Shown here: piece by piece, positions 52,663 through 64,000 of the stretch
How the letters are laid out: each line of letters opens with the position of its first letter
How positions within the stretch are numbered: the stretch's first letter is position 1
Assembly: GCA_002269645.1 (NCBI GenBank)
Contig: NIVC01002112.1
Location: 1-64,000, forward strand
Origin: Macrostomum lignano
Lineage: Eukaryota
DNA length: 64,000 bases
Reading direction: 5' to 3'
The notes under the pieces: generated by a model
Seen by the model: only the letters and a program-made list of their open reading frames with translations
The model's database searches: none
Told to the model about the DNA's origin: nothing
Made by a program: the position numbers and the translations under genes

Positions 52663-52962
52663 GGGGGGGTGTAGCCCAGTGGTCCAGTGCGGCGCTCTGA
52701 TGTGCCAGCGGCCCAGGCTCGATTCCAAGTGCAGTCACATTAATTTGGGGCTGAATTGGAATCTCGGCTTGGCTCTGCTCGTGCAATTAACGGCCTTGAG
52801 AGCCAACCCCCCAAGGCACAAAGTGTACATGCCTAGCGATAAATAAAGTTAGGGCCGCTGTACACTCCTGTGTGAGTGTGTACAGCCTGTGCGTATGACT
52901 GCGTACGGAATGGGCAGCAATGCCTCTCGCCGGTTGTGTGACAATGTCGCTTAAAGTGCGCC
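52663..52962 (+). mobile_element. tRNA-derived SINE, family A, copy 3
   Basis: GGGGGGTGTAGCCCAGTGG..GGCTCGATTCC head; body and 3' end shared with the other copies. Confidence 0.82.
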
Positions 52963-54658
52963 AGCCCTTGGGCCTCTACTAACTATAAAAACTGTGGGTA
53001 GCAGCTGTGGAATAATGGCCAAAACTGATTGCTATTGTGTCTGGGTGATAGTATGCATAGCCAAAACAGCTCAGCTCAATATGATAGACAATTTGCCATT
53101 GCTCTGAGGACCAGAGCATTTCCTATACATAAACAAAATCAAGCAACTAGGACAGGGTATTGAGTAGTTCCTGAACTAGGACTGACTAGGACTAGAGAGA
53201 GTCTTAGAGCACTAATGAGCATTTCTGCTCACTTGTAACAGCTGTTTCGATGCTGAACAACAGGAACTGATTAAGGCTATTAGACTTTTGCAATCGCATC
53301 AACAAACTCGACCTATTATCAGATGGCCACGGGGGGGGGCTAGCCGTCTGCTCGTAGCATTCGTTGGCAAAAACAACGGGTCTGAAATGAACTTGCTCTG
53401 TAACCAGGCAGTTCCACCCAGATACGAGTATGTGACATTAACTATGTACTTAGTCATTAAGCTTTCTGATGTGTTATGATATTATTCTCTTAGGTAAAAC
53501 ATCCAATGAAACTTTCGTTTCATATTTATCACTACAATAAATTAGTGTTCTGACAATGTACACATATTTTTGCTCAAATCAGTGTACAATTGGTTTCGAC
53601 TCATTTAAAAATTGATTTGACCAATCTTTGACTCCCGGAAGCTATTGGGCGGTCATGCGGAATCAACTTTCAGAAATTGTAAGTTCAGTAGTATTGAGAG
53701 AATAATACTGCTAAATCTTGTATCTAGGATAAAAATGCAGTATTTAAAATGTACAAAATTGATAAATGAAAAATCAAATGATGAATAGAATTAATAAATT
53801 TCAGTTGTATAAGTTTTGATGCTCGATACTACTACTGATTCATTTGAAACGAGTAGCTGATTCGCTTCTTAAGTAAAAATTATCGCAAAACTGCGCTCTG
53901 AGGGGCTTACATATGACGTGAGCAATCTTGTAACTTTCACACCTATGTGAGATGGACATTGTTCTTCAAATTGTGAAGCCTTGAAAGCAGAAATTCTCTA
54001 AGCTACACGACAGGTGACCCCCCCCCCGTTGTCCGATGAGTCAATGCTAGGCATAAAATTTGACATCACCGCACAGTTACAAACAACTAACACCATTTGC
54101 ACAGTTTGAATCAGTCCGCGTGACCCTGGATTTCTGAGTCATAGCGAGCGTCACGACACATCAACCTTTAATTGTTGGCATCCTGAATTTGGATCCCGGT
54201 TGTCAAAATTGGCACTCTGTTTTTTCTAAGCTGGAGTCTGCAGATTTCTGCAACAGTTCTGTGGGCCAAAGAGGTTGGGTAGAGATGTTGGTTGGACCCT
54301 GACGCCTAGAAAACCCAGGCGCGACCCCACAGTCTGAGGTCAGGGCCCGCGGTCACCTACAGGGCCCCAAAGGGCGTCTCAACCCTCCCGGGCCCTCGCC
54401 AACCCTTCCCTAAACCCAGTGCTCTCAATTTCTCTGCAAGTATAGGGCGGATAGGAAAATCCCAGTTTGCTCCCCACCAATCCCGGGAGCCCTCTTTAGT
54501 CAGACCCCCGTCTGGCCGCTCGAGCTCCATTTACCCTCGTGACCCGAGCCTGACCCTAGCGGGACACCGAGGCCCATGGCGGAGTCATCCGAGGCGAGAG
54601 GCAGGGCCTAGCCAGACGGAGAAAAGCACTCACATTTATCCGATTCTATTCCTTTCCA

Positions 54659-54666
54659 TGACGTCA
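54659..54666. promoter_or_regulatory. Palindromic CRE (TGACGTCA) about 320 bp upstream of the CYP26-like ATG
   Basis: Exact motif match only; function untested. Confidence 0.3.
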
Positions 54667-54984
54667 TCGGGGCTGACGATGCTAAAAATAGATCTTCCTA
54701 ACCCGAGACGCGAATCTTTGCTAAACAATGGGGTCGACAGATGAGGAGAGAGAAAGGGGTCAGCGGCGCCCACCTCAGCTTCGGAGCGAGGGCGAAGCCG
54801 GGTCATCACGTGCGGTCAGTCAGTCAAAGCGTGGAGAAGGCTGGGGCATCAGCCTCTGCGCAGATATTATAAATAGATTGAAGAGCGGTTTCCCTAACCA
54901 GCCAGATCCAGTTAGTATAATTGAAATAAATTCGGCAGTTTCGATATTGGCTTTATCATTTATTTTAACTAAGTGACAACAGCA

Positions 54985-58556
<3,572 letters not shown>

Positions 58557-58589
58557 CTATTGTACTTTCATTGGAGAGTTTAGAAGTTT

Positions 58590-58850
58590 ACGTGTAACTT
58601 TTGCGTACATTCTGCGCTGGTGGAGGGGGGGGGTAAGGGATTGAGAGCCTTTGTACATTCTGCGCTGGGTGGTAAAAGGGGTAAGGAATTGAGAGCTTGT
58701 GTACATTCTGCGCGGGAAAGGGGTAAGGAATTGAGAGCTTGTGTACATTCTGCGCGGGAAAGGGGTAAGGAATTGAGAGCTTGTGTACATTCTGCGCGGG
58801 AAAGGGGTAAGGAATTGAGAGCTTATGTACATTCTGCGCGGGGAAGGGGT
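58590..58850. repeat. 40-bp tandem repeat downstream of the CYP stop
   Basis: Unit TGTACATTCTGCGCGGGAAAGGGGTAAGGAATTGAGAGCT, about 6 copies. Confidence 0.92.
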
Positions 58851-59827
58851 AATTAATTGAGTCTGTGAACATTCTGTGCTAAGGAGCAAATTATTGAAGA
58901 TAAGTGATACAATTGTGCGCTAAGGGATAAGGACAGGTGTACATTTGTGTGCGTTTCACTGATTCTTTTTAATCAATCAAATACGTCAAAGATAGACAGA
59001 ATGAAACGGTGGACATGTAGGCGTTTTGATAGTACTCGGTGAACTTTACAATTTTACTGTCCCTCTGACTAGAGAGCAAAAACTAGTGATTTTAAGTACA
59101 TTAGAACTTTTGTAAGTACAGTTACATTCAATGCATCATTTTTTCACTTTATTGACCTCTCCGGAATTTCATTACGTTTCAAAGTACATGCGTGTACTAA
59201 ATAATTAGTCCGTGCTTATCACGTATCGCTTTTCTATTTATTTTTTCATTTTAAACATAATTGCAATGCATCTTATTTATACAATTACGAATATTTTAGT
59301 AGCTCGGCTAAATATTCCCAGTTAAAATTGTATTTAATATTGCTCTATTGAAACTGCTGCATCTATTTACTCCAGTCTTGCTGCCTTGTCTTGCAAATAA
59401 GAAACGAACAAAAATAACTTTGCCAGATTTACTTGCAAGTATGTACAATTGATATGAGATTCCGTTTTTTATTGATTTCGAAATTACTAATAGGCATAAA
59501 TTACATATGCACTTGATCGCATGGTCAAAAATGCAACCAGAAGACACTACAAAAAATTTAACGAACAATTTCAGTACAGATAAGTACATTGGCTGCATTA
59601 AAAGTATGAACAAAGACTCAGTATATAGACGATGCGATTTTCTGTGTTTTTCCTTTGAAAAACTACCGGAACCCGACAAGAAAGCTAAGTTCCGGTGTTT
59701 TTTATCTAGCGCGGGTGTTTTTCGACCAGATTTGTCTTTGGCAAGACCCCATTCAGAAAACACAACAATCAGTTGTATTTTGAGCCTTACCGCTCTTTGA
59801 ACAATCACTCTTCTCAAACTTTCTAAT

Positions 59828-60045
59828 GCCAGTGGCTGGAGCGTCCGACTGAAAAGTCGGGGGTTCGATTCTCGACCCACTCGAAACAACTTTTGTCCTT
59901 GAGCAAGACACTCAACTCTGCATTGCTTCAGTTCACCCAGCTGTTAAATGGGTACCATTGAGGGTGTGTGTGGCGACTCCCCAGTGTTTGGACTGAACAG
60001 CCGGCCGTATAATAGCTGCGGCTGAGCTGTCGGTTGCACATCTGC
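59828..60045 (+). mobile_element. tRNA-headed CORE-type SINE
   Basis: tRNA-like head (GAGCGTCCGACTGAAAAGTCGG stem-loop, GGTTCGATTC B box), then GTCCTTGAGCAAGACACTCAACTCTGCATTGCTTCAGTTCACCCAGCTGTTAAATGGG, colinear with the MIR/CORE motif GACCTTGGGCAAGTCACTTAACCTCTCTGAGCCTCAGTTTCCTCATCTGTAAAATGGG; 3' end uncertain. Confidence 0.7.
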
Positions 60046-60085
60046 CCATTAATATGACCTACAAAGTTGCTGCTAAGTACACTGT

Positions 60086-62339
60086 TCAGTACAGTGCCGA
60101 CAGCGCGGCTCCGTCGATGAGCAGCGCCGGATCAACCAGCGAGTCCTCCAGCGGCGCCTCCGTGCTGTACTCGAACGCGTGATGCAGCGGCCCAGTTTTG
60201 CTCAGCGCTGGCAGCGGCAACTCGCTGTGATGGCACGGCAGCGGCTCGGTGAAAAAGTACGGATCCAGCAGCGCCTTGCCCGCCCGGACTCGCCGGTCGG
60301 ACCTGTACACCAAGAACTTCTTCAACAGGTCCACGGCCGCCTGGCTGGCGTCCGGCAGCAGCTCCTCGAAGGGCACCGGGCTGAGCTGGTCGAAGCTGAT
60401 CTTGTTGTAGTCCGGCAGGTCGCCCATGCCAGGCCAGCTGGCCTCGCTCGGCGTGCCCAGCACCCGCGTGACGCAGTACAGCTGCTCGATGTCGCTCTCG
60501 CCGGGGAACAGCGGCGAGTTGGCCAACATTTCGCCGAACACGGCGCCGACAGCCCAGAGGTCGACGCCTTCGTCGTAGCGACGGGCGGAATAGAGCAGCT
60601 CCGGTGCCCGGTACCAGCGGGTGGCCACCTGCGGGAGGGTGGTGGTACTTGTCGTTTTCAAGTACATTTTGATTTTTAAAAGTTCCCAGAAATGTTTAAC
60701 AAACTGTCATCCCCCAAATACAACTTATTTAGAGCAAAACGGAGACGTTGGGGCTGGTGGGGGTTGGGGCTAGTGGGGGTTGGGGCTGGTTGGGGCTGGT
60801 GGGGTTGGGGCTAGTGGGGGTTGGGGCTGGTTGGGGCTGGTGGGGGCCGGGGCTGGTGGGGGTTGGGGCTGGTGGGGGTTGGGGCTGGTGGGGGTTGGGG
60901 CTGGTGGGGGTTGGGGCTGGTGGGGGTTGGGGCTGGTGGGGTTGGGGCTGATGGGGGTTGGGGCTGACCGGCTACTTTCTTCTGTCGGATGAAGCTGAGA
61001 GTTTGATCAGACGATTTTGAGTAAAATAAAAATTTTACAGGCTATGTATTGACGTGAGGGGAGGTGTTGATGCACTCTATGTACTAGTAAATAGTAAGTC
61101 GTCTTGACAAAGATATTGTCAAGGACTACAAGAAGTTACTGTTGTATCGGGACGTATCTATAATACTCGTGTACTTATAGTAGAAAATGGACAATATATT
61201 TGAAGGCCGAATTTTTAAGCGACACTGGCCTTTAAATAAAGACTGTAACGTCCTGATATAACTGCAGCTTCTTGTGGTTCTTGGACATTAATTAGAGCCG
61301 AATGTATTCTTAGAATCACGCGCCCAGCTTGTGGTCACGAACTAATAAAATTAGTACATTAAGTACTTTGTACTCGAAAACCAATCAACTTCGTACGAGC
61401 GATTATTATTTCGAGAGCAACCAACCTGATGGCTGTACTGCCGGTCGCCTTGCAGGCGCTGGAAAACCCTGGCCAGTCCGAAGTCGGCAATTTTCAGCAT
61501 CCCAGTGGCCGAAATGAGCAAATTGGCCGGCTTCAAATCTCTGTGCATGATCTGGTTCGAGTGCAGGAAGTGGACGCCTTTCAGCAGCATCACCATGTAG
61601 CTCTTCACCTGGATATATGGGAAGTCGGCGAGGATAAATTAAAGATCCCCTACCTGGAGATATGGGAAGTTGGTGGGGATAAATTAAAGATCCCCTACCT
61701 GGAGATATGGGAAGTTGGTGGGGATAAATTAAAGATTCCCTACTTGGAGATATGGGAAGTCGGTGGGGATAAATTAAAGATCCCCTACCTGGAGATATGG
61801 GAAGTCGGTGGGGATAAATTAAAGATCCCCTACCTGGAGATATGGGAAGTTGGTGGGGATAAATTAAAGATCCCCTACTGGAGATATGGGAAGTCGGTGG
61901 GGATAAATTAAAGATCCCCTACTTGGAGATATGGGAAGTCGGTGGGGATAAATTAAAGATTCCCTACCTGGAGATATGGGAAGTTGGTGGGGATAAATGG
62001 GAGGCAATCATGTTCTCAATATCTTCTCACCTGGGATTCGGCCAGCGGTTTATCGCAGTTGCGAATAACCTCAGCCAAATCCGAGGACATGAAGTCGAAC
62101 GCGAGCACGAAGCCGGCGCCGTGCGAGAAGACGTCGCGCAGCCGAACCACGTAGGGATTGTCTTCGATTTCTTGCAGCGCTTTGATCTCGCGCAGCGCCG
62201 CATTTGGGATGCCCTCCTCAATGCGCCGAAGCATGACTTTTTTTAGGGCGACAAGCTCGCCGCTTTCAATATGCTTCGCCTTAAACACAATGCCGTGGGC
62301 GCCCTCGCCAATCCTGCCCAGTATAGTGTAGCGATCCAT
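60086..62339 (-). CDS. CDK20: Cyclin-dependent kinase 20 (CCRK), three exons (62339-62031, 61608-61426, 60628-60086)
   Basis: [81 protein letters not shown]; phase-0 GT-AG introns. Confidence 0.97.
60748..60965. repeat. G-rich 16-bp repeat (GGGGCTGGTGGGGGTT) in CDK20 intron 2
   Basis: About 13 copies with multiple G4-G5 runs. Confidence 0.92.
61609..61998 (-). repeat. 45-bp tandem repeat in CDK20 intron 1 copying the acceptor
   Basis: Minus-strand unit GACTTCCCATATCTCCAG|GTAGGGGATCTTTAATTTATCCCCACC, about 8 copies; true acceptor GACTTCCCATATATCCAG|GTGAAG at 61609/61608. Confidence 0.93.
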
Positions 62340-64000
62340 TGCCGGCGATTCAATTTAGGATCTCTATAGGAACTCTGTGGGTTAATGGCGTGAGCAGCTA
62401 GAACTTTATTAATGCATCGTCACCTAACTAGTCTGTATCATTATTAACATGACTATTTTTTATTTAATAAAATGCGTTTGGCTCCAATATAGAACACATA
62501 TAGGTAACTGCATGTTCAGAGTATAGAGGAAACAGCATACTGGCAGTTTAAAAATTAAATCAAATGATAGATTGACAAAAAATATTAAAATCCATAAGTT
62601 TGTCTATTTAAATGGCATATTTATTGACATGGGTGCATTGAAATATCTGAATGCAAAGCTAAAACAACTAATTAAATATAATTCATCAGAGTAAATAAAT
62701 AAATACTATTTGCAACCCATATTTCATGTATTATTAAGATGTATAATATATTACATTAAAATACAAAATAAAATTTAAACTAGCAAGTGAAACAGACTCT
62801 GGGAAATTTGACAGCTATTAGAGAAATATAAAACTTTTTATACTATTCAATAGTAGTGGTGGAATGAGTTTTGGGGGCTAACATAGCTCTTTGTGGAAAA
62901 AGAATTTAAGCTTTAAATGTAATATTAATAATACATTTAAAAAAATACTTTTTTATCCATCAATTGTCTATATCAACATGTGATATGATACCATTCTTTT
63001 AACTAAATCTTGCAGTAAAATTTTCATAAGAGTTTTTTTTTAATTCACCAGACAAACTAATTATATATAATATTACCTAGTATAGTGTCACAAAAATATC
63101 TGAAGAAATATTCTCATATTTTCAAATTTAGCTATACAACCATTACTTCAGCTCCAATTCGCGAACAAAAGGTTCAGCGAATAATATTGACCTAGCAGCT
63201 GTAAAATCTCTCAACAAAAGATATTATGAGATTTATAATGATATATTGTACGTACCTAGTTATCTAACCCGCACCGTACAAAAAATAAATTTAAAACATG
63301 TGAATTGAAACTCCTTTGTTCCGATTTGTGGGTGTCGTGTTACTACGGAATTAAGCGTTATAACAACTTTTTTAAAATTATATTATTGTTTAACGAGCTT
63401 GACACATTTTTAAGCAATACTTCCGCAAGTTTTAGTTTTTATGCAAATAAAAGTTAAATCAACTTGAATAAATTCTTTATTTTCATTAGTTTTAGTCATT
63501 CTATAATTTTAGTAAATTCAACAATTTTTTGTTTTCTGTTCAACCGTACACAGTTAGGCAATATTTGTTTGATTCAGGATTTAAGAAGAAAAATTCATAG
63601 GTTCTTCGAGGAATTTATTGGGTTATTATTTTTATAATACAGCCAGCTGCATACTTCATTCTATTTTTACATGCAAATTTAGACAGATGTTCTGATTTCT
63701 AAATATACTTTATGAACACATATTTATCTAGCGGTAATCTAAGCACTCAAAACAGAAAATTTCATCGATTATTGATTGAATTCTCACAGTAATTTTTATA
63801 CCATAAAATTAGGTACTAAATTCGAAAAAAGAGTATATTGCTGGTTTTACTACAAAAGCCAAAATTAAAAGGGATAGTATTAGTATGTATAGGTTTTTAA
63901 AATATTGCAATGCTTCTAATGAAAAAAGCAGCACAGTAATTCTGTAGTGTAGAGATTAGTACAAGATAAAGCTCTTTAAGTTTTGTTCTATTTTCAAATG

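Noticed and set aside
54280-54640. GC-rich segment as a solo LTR
   Set aside because: No second copy, no clear TG..CA ends or TSD; may simply be promoter sequence of the CYP gene
59308-59889. 193-aa minus-strand and 97-aa plus-strand ORFs between CYP and CDK20
   Set aside because: No recognisable family or splice support, and partly overlaps the CORE-SINE head
62400-64000. AT-rich sequence upstream of CDK20
   Set aside because: No supported gene, repeat family or clear regulatory motif

Overview
Eukaryotic (metazoan) genomic DNA with short GT-AG introns, GC-rich exons and introns packed with micro- and minisatellites. Gene content and style suggest a free-living flatworm such as Macrostomum (inference, not proven). 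Bases 1-19.3 kb hold a 5'-truncated giant + strand gene: 28 phase-consistent exons plus one error-ridden upstream exon, about 5,200 codons. It encodes a strongly Lys/Arg- and Cys-rich, probably secreted protein with VWD-C8-TIL, ShK-like, degenerate VWA and PAN/Apple domains around roughly 4,000 aa of an unrecognised Cys-hairpin repeat. Downstream lie HSBP1 (+), LRRCC1 (+, with an intronless peptide-type GPCR nested antisense in an intron), TTLL10-like (-), CYP26-like P450 (+) and CDK20 (-). Mobile elements include tRNA-derived SINEs (one CORE-type) and a Harbinger-like MITE. A recurring oddity is that several intronic tandem arrays are amplified copies of the intron's own splice site. No CRISPR array, rRNA or intact tRNA gene was found. 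All coordinates and splice models were read by hand.
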